From Moniliella sp. 'wahieum' (Eukaryota): a stretch of DNA of 56,590 nt. Both the position numbers and the translations under genes were made by a program. Positions within the stretch are counted from its first letter, which is position 1, and the number at the start of each line of letters is the position of its first letter. Below the pieces are notes generated by a model that saw only the letters and a list, made by a program, of their open reading frames with translations, made no database searches and had not been told where the DNA came from. This document shows, one piece after another, positions 24,683 through 37,000 of this stretch. Location of the stretch: the NCBI GenBank assembly GCA_003971905.1, contig RSEE01000119.1, positions 124,001 to 180,590 on the forward strand. The letters run 5' to 3'.

Positions 24683-27600
24683 CTAGCAAACGCGCTCGGC
24701 CCGGGCTCGGCGAGCCGGTCGCGTCGCACCGAGTCGGACGACGACGTGGCAGCCGGTGCGACGGGCGAGCGAGGGGCGGTCCGGGTCCGCGGAGACGGGG
24801 GTGCGGGCGGGGGCGGAGGAGGCCGGAGCGGGACCGGGGGCGGGAGCGGAGCCAGCGTCGGTGGGCGGACGAGGTGGACGAGCCAAGGAGCTGGGCGGAG
24901 GAACGGCGTCGTACGGGTACGAATAGTACTGCGTTCCTGGTCCGGGGTACTGCCACGGGTGCAACATTGGTGATCCACCCAAGGAAACACGGGGCCCCGC
25001 GCCCGTTGCGGGCCGGGAGCGGGGCAGAAAGGGTGGGGAGAAGCCTGTGGGTTGCGTGGGGGGGTAGGGCGCGTAGACCGATCCGAAACGGTTGCCAGCG
25101 TCCAGCGGCTTGGGCGCAGAGAAAGCTGGCATGCCGTGCGGCACAAGGTAGTCGCCTGGACTGGATAACGGCATTGCGGGGGAGGGGTAGTACCCGTAGC
25201 CGTAATCCGGGGCGTATTCGCTGCTCCATTCTTGGCCTTCCGGCGGGAACGAGACGGGCGAGACAGAGGCCGATGCGGACGCAGACGCAGACGTATACTC
25301 GGGTCCCCAACCCAGGTGGAGCGGGAGCGTCGACCCAGTCATCGTAGCCGCATGTTCCGTCCCGTACCCATGCGGACCTTGGGGAGGAGCGGCACGTGGC
25401 TCTGGCCGCCGAGAGCCGCGAGCCGGGTCAGAGGTAGGCACCCGTGGGAGGAACCTGCTGGGGCTGCGTTCTCTGACGCTGGAGACGCCTTTGCGGCGTC
25501 AGCAGTCTTGGTCGTAGTGACCGGCTCTGGATTGGGAAGCGCATGTCCACTAGGCTGGGCCCAGACTTGCTTGATCACTTCGGACGTCACATCTGCCGAG
25601 TCACTCCGGGCCCGAGCGGGCGTGTCGGTTACGATGGGAAAGTTGAGCCCCCATGTATTGACAGGTGGTTCGGCCAGACGACGCGTCTAGGGCCAAAACA
25701 AGTGGGTCAGAAACGGAATCATTCGCGCTTGAAAGATGAGGAGAAGGGGGGGGGGGACGTACGAGGTACCATCCGACTCGCTTCCAACAGGTGCTAGGCC
25801 ATCGCCCGGTCGGATAGGATGGGGGGCAGGTGGGAGACCATGCCGCCCATGGCCCGGAGCAGCGATAGCAGTCACAGGGGAACGCGGGGCAGAAGAAGAT
25901 TGTTTGAAGCTTTGGTCGTCGCCGGAAGGAGAGGGCCAATGAGATCCAGGTTGGCGCGGGGGCAAAAGTCGAGACGAGGGGGACGCTGGGACAGCGAGGC
26001 CAGAGAGAAGGGAAGGGTCGCTAGGTTGAGAAGAAACGTCGGGAACGGGGATGCCCGTAAAGACAGAGCATCCTTGTTGTGTTCTGCACTAGGGAGAAGG
26101 GTTGTGGGCAGTTCTGTTGGACTGGTGTCGGCAGTAGAGCCCAGCTGGGAGGAGCCTTGCCCCGGGCGTGTGCTCAGTTGCTTGCCCGGTAAGGCGATTT
26201 GGGTGGAGCAAGGCTCTCCTGCTTCCGTAGTCAATCCCGACACGGCCATCAATGAGGACGGGAACAGCTCCTCCTGCACCCATTCTTGGTCGGGAGGCGC
26301 ACTGGCCACGTCCAATCCTTGGACAAGAACCGAGCCAGACGCTGGCTGTGCCTGCACCACTTTTGGCTTGAGCCCTCGTGCCAACCAGTGGCGAGGCAGA
26401 CGGACGCGGGGTACAGTGGGGGGGCGGGGTAGCACCCAGCGGTCCTCGGGAATGGCCCCGGGGGGGACAGTTGGGCACCTCGGTAAGAAGACGAGGCGAG
26501 GCCACCGTGTACGTCGGCCCAAGGATCGGTCAGACTGCTGACGCGCTTGGGGCGGCGTTCAAGCGCACGGGTCACCTTGCTCCTAAGACGGGCGAGTTGT
26601 ACGGCAGATAGCTGGCCCCGCGGTGAATGAAAAGAGGGCAAGTGGACGACGAACCGGCTCCACACGGGCCGCTTGTCGGACATGTCAAACTTGCTCACAT
26701 AGTCCCACACGGGCCGGATAGCCGGACGAGGCAAATGCAAGTTGGCCGCGCGGAGGGGGAGGCGCTTGGTGGGGGGAGCACAGCAGCGCTCACCGCAGTT
26801 GACCTGGTTTCTGTCGTGAGTCGAGAGGGGGAATGAGCCCGTGCCCGGATCGGAGGAGGCGAAGACGAGGAGGTACTGGGCAAGGTCACCCTCGGCTCTG
26901 ACGCACCAGAGTGATTCTGGTGCAGAGGCGCCTCATTCGGGCGTTGGGGCGATGCGTGCTTCGGTCCATTCTCCACCGCGACGGGAATGGAATGTGCCTT
27001 GGCTGCCTCCAGCTCTTGCAGCAGGGTATCCCTTTCGGCCCGTACCGCTGCCAATTCCCGCGCTTGCTCTTCCTTGTTAATTGGCTTAGAGGGAGACGAA
27101 GGTGGCCGGCGTGGAAGCGTTGGGTTCGATGGCAATGTAGGCTTCGTTGCCTCACTTGATGCTCGAACCCCCGCCTCTCCCCTTTCTCTGCAGAGCCAGT
27201 GTGGGAGAACCAACACGGGATGTTTTCTTGCTGTGCAATGCAGAGCCAGCCCGCGCTTTGGTTTCCTTTAGCTTACGCTCGGCCTCGATTTTTTCCGCCA
27301 AGGCCGCCCCCCTCGCGCGAGCCCGATTCGCCTCCTCTTCCCGCCTCTTTTCCTCTTCGGCGCGACGTAAACGGGCACGTTCAATGGCACTGTGGTCCGG
27401 AGGCCCCCCAAAAGCGTGCGGGCGGGTGGGCGAGGCAGTAGGCAAGGAATAGAACCCGTAGATTCTGGTGGAACCGAAGAGGCACCCGTGGGTACTGAAG
27501 GTACGACGGGTGAAGTCGGGGACAGAACAGAGGGCGTGCGGGGAGGAGAGTGGGCTGACTGTGCAGTAGGTGGAGCGGGGGCAGTCTCCCTCCCTTGCAG

Positions 27601-28673
27601 GCTGCGCTTCACGCCACCCCAAGGGGAGGACGGTGTGCATCTGCTGGGGCACGATCGCTACCGCCGGTATGTGTGAAAGGACACGCGGGACTGGTTGGGG
27701 ATGTAATAATAGGCGAGTGGACGGAAGCCGATGCCGATGCTTGCGTGTGCGCTGGAGGGTGGGCAGCATGAGATGGCTTGGATTCGGGCACGGACACGGG
27801 CGTTGCTGGGGTGGGCGTGGGCGTTGCCTGGGACTTGGGCTTGGGCTTGTCCACCTTATGCTCCACTGGGCCATGGGGCTTGTTGAGGGCAGCATATCGT
27901 TGCGCCAGTGGTCCCCATCCCCGGATGGCGGTTTGGGCCTGAGCCTGGGCGGCAGGGTCGACGACGGGCTGCTGCGGGTGAGAGCGGGGCGCGTGCGATG
28001 GGAGGAAACGCGACGGCTGGTAGGCTTGGGACGAGCGGGCCGGGAAGCGGGGGAGGGGCTCGTCGTCAAAGTCAGTGACGCTCTTTTGGCCCACGGAGGT
28101 TGGTGGGGCCAAGATGCTTGGGGGGGGGTGTTTGGGATGTCGAGGGGCAGGGGACGGGGGCGAAAAGGAGGGTTGGAAAGGGGGAGGATGGGGGGTGATG
28201 AGGTCCTCGTCGTCCAGCTCGTCCCAGGCGGGGCCCAACGGATCGAGAGTGAGATGGGGGGCGGGGTGGGAGCCAAGGGCGTTGTATGTGAGCAGATTGG
28301 CTGCGGTGGACGGGGGGGCGGGGGAGGCGAGGAAGCGGAGGAGGTGGCGGCGGGGCGTGCTGGGGAGAGGGGGAGGGAGAGGGGGCTGGTCGGGGGGGGT
28401 GGGCTTCGGCGTGGGCTTCGGCGTGGGCCTCGGCCTGTGCGCGTGCCTCGGCGGCGGTGGGGAAGGCGGCGGAGGGGATGGGCGCAGCGGACGAGGAGGC
28501 AGGGCGGGTGGCCCAGGGGGCGGGGGTGGGCGCGGGGAGGCGGAGGTGCGGGCGGGCGAGGGGGCGGGCCAGGGCGGGGTAGGGCGGGTGTCGGCGGCGG
28601 CGGCCTTCTGGCGGAACTGGCGGGAGATGCTGGCGGAGCTGAAGACGCGTGGCTTGGGCGCCGCGTCGGCCAT
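24683..28673 (-). CDS. Large Pro-rich low-complexity protein, PRRC2/BAT2-like (frameshifted)
   Basis: ATG at 28673 opens MADAAPKPRVFSSASISRQFRQK; includes LGPAWDELDDEDL, a charged helix AIERARLRRAEEEKRREEEANRARARGAALAEKIE, a second helix EEQARELAAVRAERDTLLQEL and a Tyr/Pro-rich C-terminus. Family call is by motif resemblance only. Confidence 0.5.
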
Positions 28674-28747
28674 GGTGGAGGTGGAGGTGGAGGTGGAGGT
28701 GGAGGTGGGTGGAGTGGAGGTGGAGGTGGATGGAGGTGGAGGTGGAG
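28674..28747. repeat. Imperfect (GGAGGT)n simple repeat immediately 5' of the ATG at 28673
   Basis: GGTGGAGGTGGAGGTGGAGG... on the + strand, i.e. a CCACCT-rich leader on the coding strand. Confidence 0.8.
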
Positions 28748-29126
28748 GGGGTGTGGTGTGTGGTGGTGGTGGGGTGGTGGGTAGGCCACGCGAGGGCAGG
28801 CGGTGGGGGCGTGAGTAGCAGTGGCTGGTGCGTGTGGGTTGGCTCGGCAGGGATGGGTGACGCGTGACGGATGACGCTGCCTGCGCCTGTCGGCCCCTGG
28901 CTGCCCACTTGAATATTGAATACTCGACGTACTGGCTGCTCCCCACAGGCGCCCAGCCGCTGCCATTCCGCCCCCCATTTACCCCAACCCCACCGCGCCT
29001 TTTTTCCGCCGCTGCGTGCCCCAATCTGCGACCACACCCTGTCAACACTCAGATCCTCATCACCATCACCATCACCAGAGACAGACAGACAGTCGACGCC
29101 AAGCACATGCCACACGCCAAGCTACG

Positions 29127-30941
29127 CTAAGCGCTCGCGCTCCCACTGGCTCCCAGGCTGTGGAGCAGGTTGTCCCAATGCTGAGCCGAGTGTTGGTGCA
29201 GCGCCACTTTGCTCGCCGTCAGCTCGGCCAAAACATCGTAAAGTTCACGCTGCTTATTGTCCTGCACCACCAGCGACTCGGAGAGGACTTGGTGGGAGAA
29301 GGTCCTGAGCACCTTCTCACTCGTCGTCACCGCCGCTTGCAATTCGTGCATGCGAACCTCGAGTCGCTGCATGCGTTCCACCCGTGTTTGCTCCTCGTCC
29401 ACGCCACGTAGATGATCGAGTTGGTCGCGTAGGTATCCCGTGATGCCCGCAGCGCGGACGCCGCCCGAGGCACGGCCATAGGCCAACCCGCCAAACCGCT
29501 CGCGTTCGGCCGCAGTCACAGAATAGTAGTGCGTCAGTTGTTCCACATCAATCTGCTTTGCTTGGCGAGTGAGCAGGACGCGTTGGTAAGCCTGGGCATA
29601 GGCCATGAGCGCTTGTGACACCGGGGCAACGTGTTGCGTACTGCGCTTCCTATCTGTCCGCACCACCTTGCCCATCTTGTCCAGCGTATCGCCAAACTGC
29701 CAAAGGAAAACGGCCATGCCCGTCTCCAATTCGGAAAACGCTTTGAAGGCCAGCGCCAAGTCCTCATACTCGTCTGCCAGCGCTGTCATCATGTCATAGC
29801 CATCAGAACAGGTTAGTCGTTTTTCCTCCCCGGATCCGTTTCCTGCTTTCCCTCTGTATCGACCGGCCCAGGCCTCCAGAGACACGACAGCACATACCCG
29901 CCGCATGCGATCGGTGCCGGCTCACCACGCCATCAAGCGCCGCCAATGCTTCCTGCAACAAGTCCAGCTGATCCGAGATGGGAACAAATTGCTCGTCCGG
30001 TTTCTTTAACCCGCCCCAGCGCAGTCACAATCTTGTCGGACAAGCTATTGAGCAAGCAGGTGCGACCGCTGCATTGCCCATTGCGGACAAATTGCTCTTC
30101 CGCGCCGACATGGCGGAGTGGGTGTGCATGTCAACCGCCTTACAGTGACGAGGAGAGAAGAAAGAGAAAAGATAAGAGAAGAAAGGTCAGTTCTGGTCTC
30201 ATCACTCCAAGAAGTGGATGGGCGAGACGGGACGTACCCACTCGTCAGACGAGAGGAAGGAGCAGAGCAAAGGTGTGTGCATCAGGGTTGGGTGGCGGCA
30301 GAGTCGTTGGAGAAAGATGTCGAGGTCGGTGGTGCGACGGCGGAGAAAGGGGGGACTGAACCGGTCGCCGGACCAGTACTCCATCCGATGTTTTTCAGGC
30401 AATGGCGGCACCACACACGCGGCAAAGTCACGGACCAACGCATGGTGCAAAAACGCAAAGTCCCGGTACCGTCGCCTACGCGCCCATTCACGGTGGGCAA
30501 AGTGGGGCAGGTTGGTCTGGCCTTGGATCAAGTAGGTAACGTACACATCTTCTTCCTCCTCTTCTTCAGGAACCGTCATCTCTACCTCCGGGTCCTGTGC
30601 CCCCCTCGAAGAGGCCAATGAGAAAACCGCCTCATCTGCCTCTGTCCCAGGCGGCGCAGGTAAAAGTACCCCTTCTCGTTGCGGTTGGAGGACTTGGACT
30701 CGAAGGTACCCGTGCCTTCCCGGCGCCTGCACTTCCAGCTTCAAGGGAGGACGAGCAGATTGGGACCAGGCTTCCGGCTCGCTGGCGGACGAGCGGCGGG
30801 GACGAGGCAGGGTGGGAGGAAGGAGGACACGTGAGGGGTAAGGGAGTGCGTCGGCGCCGGTGCCGGCTCTGGGGCAGGGGCAGGAGGAAGCGCGGATGTC
30901 GATGCCAGTGCAGAGGGAGATGCAACGGATGGAGTGGGCAT
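29127..30941 (-). CDS. SNX4: Sorting nexin 4 / Atg24 (PX-BAR)
   Basis: PX domain YVTYLI...RRRYRDFAFLHHAL...VVPPLPEKHRMEY..GDRFS..F...R...L..FLQRL..HP.L, and BAR tail GITGYLRDQLDHLRGVDEEQTRVERMQRLE. Introns at 30237..30139 and 29897..29783. Start codon uncertain. Confidence 0.9.
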
Positions 30942-31439
30942 TGGTGCCAGAAGACCGACCAGCGCGCTGGGGGCCGACTAGGCTATGGGGACACCGCGGA
31001 TGGGGAGGGAGAGGGGTGGCGTGGGGAAGCCACCAGGAGCAACAAGATTGCTGGCGACCTGATGGGCATGTGTGCAAAAATCGTGCTGATTATGGAGCGG
31101 CAACGTTTAACTAAGAACGTTATTTATCTACGCCGGCGCTCAACGATCTCTGTTGCCTCTCACTGATCTCACTGGCCGTGGCACACCGACGCAGTGCTGC
31201 GCAGCACTGTCAGTAACCAGTTGCTCTCCGCCACGCGCCACTCGCCCCTGCCACCAATTTCAAATTTCACTGCCGAAACAGGCCATGCCCCGTTGAAACG
31301 TTTCACTCCTCTCCTTCCCATAAGCGTATAAACCCCGCTGACGTAATCCCACCTGGCCTCCACATGCTCATTTTTTCTCTTTTTCTTCCCCAGACGTTGT
31401 GAGATGCGGGCAGCCCTTGTCCCACCACCTCCAGCCGAG

Positions 31440-31990
31440 CACTCCGCGTTGCACTTCCAACCAGCCACTCGCCCTCGCTCTTGCGGAAGCCCACTGACCC
31501 ATCGTCGTTCTATACCAAGGGTAAGCTATTTGTCTCCACACCCTCCCCCCATCTATCCTCGTCGTGCCGCGTCGGGGATGTGGGCCTATGGTGATGATCC
31601 CAACTTTGACCGGAGTCTCGTTAGTCTTACCCATCATGGGGAAAAGTCAAGTTCCATTCAAGTTTCAGCCTTGTCTGATCTTTCTACAGCTGCGCGATGG
31701 ACAAAGCGCTGACCATCTTTCTTCTGTCTTTCTCAGGGCTGTACTCTGTTGGCGCGATTGGTTGGCGCCGTCCGGTCGAGGCCAACCTCGCCATCGACTG
31801 TATCCGCCAGTTCCCTACTGCGCATGGTATGTACCTTCCCTGCTATCATGGCTGACCTTCAATTCATGTCTCCTTCACTCGGCCGTGTATGGTTCATCTT
31901 ATACCACAGGGGGAGCTCTTAATAGTTATTGGTGTCGAACGGATGCGACATGGGTAGTCCTGACCGACGGCCTGATGACCTTTGATTGAC
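31440..31990 (+). other. Spliced, apparently non-coding snoRNA host transcript (ends approximate)
   Basis: Two intron-like segments, 31521..31736 (GTAAGC/GCTGAC/pyrimidine tract/CAG) and 31827..31909 (GTATGT/GCTGAC/CAG). The joined exons contain no convincing ORF. Confidence 0.6.
31591..31678 (+). ncRNA. snR41: Box C/D snoRNA, snR41-like (predicted guide for the 18S rRNA Gm1126-equivalent site)
   Basis: Box C GTGATGA at 31591 and box D CTGA at 31675. The 14-nt segment AAGTTTCAGCCTTG (31660..31673) is the exact reverse complement of conserved 18S CAAGGCUGAAACUU, and the D+5 rule points to the first G of CAAGG. Confidence 0.8.
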
Positions 31991-32558
31991 CTAGTTGATG
32001 GCTCTCTTGGTACCGTGTTCTAGAGTGATGATGTTGGTATTCGTTGAACGTTGACACGAACATTGAAGCTTGAATCCAGCCACAACCACACCTGTCCCGG
32101 AACATGGTTAGTACGCCTCTCCGTCCAAAGAAAGTGCCTCATATCAGCCATGCGAATTCTTATGCATGCCACGTCTATGGCCGATCGGATGGTCCACTAT
32201 AGGTATAACCCCCTATATACGTACGGTCCTCATACCCAGCTACCTTGGAGTCAGTTATCATGACCCCCCCGCCCCCGCCGACCCACGGGTCCCATGCAAA
32301 AACACTTGCCCCCCCCCCTCCCCTTGGATGACGGTCCGGACAGGCTGCCCCTCCCCGGTTCCGGGGAGTGAGGTCGGAACAGTCCACTCATGGGACTTTG
32401 GTGCTTGCGTTTCTTTCGTGGTAGGGGTGCCACTGGACGGCATGGCAAGGGGGTTGTGCGAGCGTGGGCGACAAGCGGAAGGTATAGGGTGAATCCAGAA
32501 TGTCCACTAGCAGAATGAATTGCAGACCTGTGGCTAAGACAAAAAGGTGCGCCACTAC

Positions 32559-32659
32559 GTCGGGTTAGCTCAGATGGGAGAGCGTGAGATTGAAGTTGTC
32601 TTCAATAGCAAATCCGCCTGGATTCCTCAAGGTCCCCGGTTCGATCCCGGGACACGACA
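32559..32659 (+). tRNA. tRNA-Phe (GAA), intron-containing
   Basis: Acceptor GTCGGGT/ACACGAC-A, D arm GCTCAGATGGGAGAGC, anticodon TT-GAA-G followed by an intron whose CTTCAAT pairs with ATTGAAG, T arm CCCGG-TTCGATC-CCGGG, and a TTTTT Pol III terminator at 32660. Confidence 0.88.
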
Positions 32660-33086
32660 TTTTTGTTTGTTGACATGGCACGCTATACTGTGTATTCGGG
32701 TGCCTAGCACCAACATCCTCTCTATGCTATCTTTGAATGTTTGTCATGGACTGGCCCCGGACTGGAGTCCAACCCACAATTTTAGGGGTGCTTTCCCTTA
32801 GAGAGAGGACAGAGGCCACTCATAGTTGGTCGAGTCTGAACACCGCTGGCAGATCCGCACGGAGCTCGAGACGAAGCGGGGGGCCTCTCAATTGTGGGGC
32901 ATCGACTGGCGTGGCAAAAAGGTTGCGTATGCGCCCGAACGAGCAAGACTAGCGTGCCTGTATTCTGTGGTCCTGTGGAGAGGATTGGCCAGAAGGTTGG
33001 CGCAGACAAAGACAGGGTATATCGGACCGGTCATGTCAAGGAACAGCTCGACGCCTGTGGGATAGCCGCGGGATCCGTACAGAGAC

Positions 33087-33133
33087 TGAAGACGAAATGA
33101 AGATAAAATGAAGACGAAATGAAGACGAAATGA
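33087..33133. repeat. 11-bp minisatellite (TGAAGACGAAA)x4
   Basis: TGAAGACGAAA TGAAGATAAAA TGAAGACGAAA TGAAGACGAAA TGA. Confidence 0.85.
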
Positions 33134-34028
33134 GGTACCAAGAGGAAAGGGGCATGGATCAAGCGGTTAGCTCTTCTCGGGCGAGTGCGAAGGGGTGTTG
33201 TTCAGAGCTGGGGCGCTGGAGGGCTAGCTAGTGGGCCTCTGCGCTCGGGCTGAGCACTGCCATTAACCCATTGTAAAGCGCGCAGGCAGCCGCTTGCCCA
33301 ACAGTGGCTTGGCTGCCCCGTGCAAGCTGCAGGCCCTCGGTGGCACATGCACGCACTGCGCCAGTGCGATCCGCGCCGAGCCTCCCACGGCAGATGCAGT
33401 GCGCAGCAGGCTGTGCCGATGTAGGCAACGTGCACCGCGCCCGCCGACAGTGGCGCCGTGGCCAGTGGGGGGCACACTTCCCTCGGGCGACGCCAAGCAT
33501 TCGCTGCCAGAGAGGCGGAGCCTGGGCAGAGGCTGCGCCTGTGCGGCCAGCGTCACGGCAATGTGAGACGCGGACGTGCCCCACGTGGAGGGAGCAAGGG
33601 GCGCAGTGCGCTGCCGACAATGGCGCGCGGCTGGCAGCGGGCGCGCCCAGGCGGCCAAGTGCTGCGTACTGCCCCACAGTCTGCGCCACGCCCGTCACCC
33701 AGGCAGCCCCTGGCCAGAGACTGGGCCCATGCGCCCCGATTGCTGTGGTGCACGGCAGTGGTGCCGTGCCGGCGGCCCTGCAGCCCCCGTGCAATTTCAC
33801 AGCAAATGCGAGTTTCGGCGATTGGCTTCGTCTCAGATCCCACCGGCGCACTGCGTGGCGCGGCTGGGTGGCCCCGACCCACCACCACCACCACCACCAC
33901 CACTACCTTCTCTCCGCCCCCCCCCCCACTCTCTCCTGCCGTGTGCAGTGCCTGCAGCCGCCCCTTCCCTCCCCGCCCACCCGCCTGCCCACCTAGGCCA
34001 CTCTCGTTTCGCGTCCGCCTCGCCCACC

Positions 34029-37000
34029 ATGGCTCGTCGGACGGACCTGTCGTCCAAGACGTTCATCCGCATGCGCGGGCAACCGCAGCCGGACACGTCC
34101 ATCCCCATCGATGCTTCCATTGCTGCTCCACCGCTCCGTGCGCCCACCACGATGCGCCGCGCCAAGACCCTCACCCGTCCTGAGCGCAGCCACCCCCAGG
34201 CACCCATGATCAACCCCCCGACCAGCCTGCCGCCAAAAGTGGCATTAACTGGTGGTCCGTCTACGCCCATATTGTCACATTTTGGGCTCCTGGGGCCATT
34301 CTGGGTTCGTGTGGAATCAAGGACAAGCCCTCCCGCCAAGCGTGGCGCGAAAAGGTCGCCCTCTGCTCCATCTCGCTTCTGATGGGTGGCTTTGTCATCT
34401 TCATCACCATCGCCCTCACCGCTGCCTTCTGTCCCGCTTCGGCTCAAAACACATCCAACAAGTTCTACAGCCTCAACGACCGCGAGTACAGTGGCATGCT
34501 CGGCATCGATGGCTGGATGTTCAAAATCGGCAACGCCCAAGTCCCTGACAGTACACAGGTTGGCTTCAACCTGTACAATGTGTCACAGAATGCTCCGGGT
34601 ACCGACATTAGCTTCCTCTTCCGCCGCGACGCCCCTTCTTGCACTGGCCTCGCCTATGCCGCCGCCAAACTCGACACGTGCAACGTTAATATCAAGGCAA
34701 CGGGCCAGAAACCCGGCTGCGTTTCAGGTCCCTTGACGGCGGACAACCTGGCTTCCAAGAAGTTTGAGAATTCGACTCGCCAAGTCGGTTGGAGTTGGCC
34801 TGCCATCACCGTGGCCAACACGACCAACTACATTGTATGTGTCTTCTTTCCCCCTCTTATGTTTTTTCTTCACACTGTGTGCTAACTTCACTTGGCGTGC
34901 ACAGGTTATTGATGGTACTGTGTTGGACATGGATCCCTACATGTCGGCCTACCCAGACCCTGTTCCTAATGACCCCGTGGACACGATCATTCGTGCCGTG
35001 GTCACTGATCCTGCGGGAAGTGGAAAGGATGCCACCGCGTTGCTTTACACCCAGCCCAAGTGGAGGAACACCTTCAACTGTCTGCGGGAGAAGTACAATG
35101 CGGGCAAGATCGACAAGATCACGCCCGGTTGCTTCTTCACCCAACTCGTGCTCTACTCATCGTTGGTCATCATTCTACTCCTTATTTTCGTTCGCTTTTT
35201 CATGGCACTCTACTTTGCCTGGTTCGTGGCAGGACGAATGACCGACAAGCCCCGCTATGATCAGGGTCGCGCCATCCCCCTCACTCAGATGCCCGACGGG
35301 GCTATGTCGAACGTCAACAACCCTGGTACGGCGCCTTGGGCTACTGCCTCCCACGGCGGCCTCCCCCTGCCACTGACATGTCTCTTGCTGGGATCGGCGA
35401 TTCGCCCTACATTGTCACCCTCATCACGTTATTCAGAGGGAGAGGAAGGCATCAACAACACGCTCGCTTCGCTCTCCAATTCGGACTACCCCGACAACCG
35501 CAAGCTCCTCTTTGTCGTTGCCGACGGCATGGTCACAGGCCATGGCGAGGCACAGAGCACGCCTGATACGTGCGTGGGACTCCTTGATGCGGACCCGCGC
35601 TTTGGCACCCCGACACCGATGAGCTTCCCTTCAGTTGCAGGAGGTGCTAAGGCGCACAATATGGCCATGGTGTACGCTGGGCACTATACCAAGTGCCCAG
35701 GCCACCGTACGCCTATGGTGGTTGTGGTCAAATGCGGTACGCCCGAAGAGGCGCACGATGCCAAGCCAGGGAACCGTGGCAAGCGCGATTCGCAGATGAT
35801 TCTCATGAACTTCCTGCAGCGGTGCACGTTCAATGACCCCATGTCTCCTCTCGATTTTGACCTTTTCCGCAAGGTCCACACCCTCCTCGGTGTCACTCCT
35901 GACTTTTTCGAGCTCTGTCTTATGGTGGATGCGGACACGAAGGTTTACCCGTCCGCGATGCGTATTTTGGCCGACTGCATGTCTCATGATCCCATGATTA
36001 TGGGTGCCTGTGGGGAAACGCGAATCACCAACAAGAATCAATCCTGGGTGACGATGATTCAAGTGTTTGAGTACTTTATCTCCCACCACAACCAAAAGGC
36101 ATTTGAATCGGTCTTTGGTGGGTGTGACCTGTCTCCCAGGGTGTTTCTCTATCTACCGCATCAAGGCCCGCAAAGACATGGGCGACGACTGGGTCCCCGT
36201 CATTGTGGCACCCGAGATTACCCGTGAATACAGTCAAGGATCAGCTCATACGCTTCATCAGAAGAACCTTGCTTCTGGGCGAGGACCGTTTCCTGACGAC
36301 GCTCATGCTGCGTAACTTTCCTCAACGCAAAATGGTCTCTGCCCCCGCGCCCGTTGCAAGACTGAAGTGCCAGACACATTCAAAATGCTTCTATCCCAAC
36401 GCCGTCGGTGGATCAACTCGACGGTGCACAACCTGATGGAACTCGTTTTGGTCCGTGATCTCTGTGGTACCTTCTGCCTTAGCATGCAATTCTCTGTGTT
36501 TATGGACCTGTTCGGTACCGCCTCGCTGCCCGTCGCCATCGCTTTGACCTACACACTCATCATTCGAGCCTGCATCAACCCGCCCAAGGACTTCAGTGAC
36601 GCCATCCCGCTCATGCTCTTGGCTGTGGTTTTGGGTCTACCCGGTGTGCTCATCGTACTGGCCACGCGCAAGGTCACGTACGTTCTGTACATGTTTTGTC
36701 TACCTCATCGCGTTGCCAGTGTGGAACTTCATTCTGCCTGTCTACTCTTTCTGGCACTTTGACGACTTCTCTTGGGGCGAGACGCGTAAGGTCGAGGGTG
36801 AGGCCAAGGGTGCTGGCCACGGGGATGAAGCGGCCGCGGCCAGCGTGGCCAAAATCCCCAAGCGCCGATGGGAAGAGTGGGAGCGCAGTCGTCTTCGCAA
36901 GCTCAAGCGCGAGGCTAAGCGGCGGGCTGAATTCGAGGCCCAGTTTGGCCAAGCGTTTGTATCCAATGGTGCTCCTGGGTCGCTGGCCCCTGCTCCCCGT

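Noticed and set aside
27152..29115. Multiple long overlapping ORFs on both strands (608, 479, 404 and 347 aa)
   Set aside because: Stop-poor GC-rich low-complexity DNA; explained as alternate frames and antisense shadows of the single - strand gene starting at 28673.
32026..32160. Second box C (GTGATGA) downstream of the snoRNA host
   Set aside because: No box D CTGA within snoRNA distance and no recognisable rRNA antisense element.
32790..33100. Short protein-like ORFs between the tRNA and the minisatellite
   Set aside because: No recognisable family, start context or splice signals; cannot be supported.
33087..33133. Short direct repeats as a CRISPR-like array
   Set aside because: Contiguous 11-bp units without spacers in eukaryotic DNA; an ordinary minisatellite.
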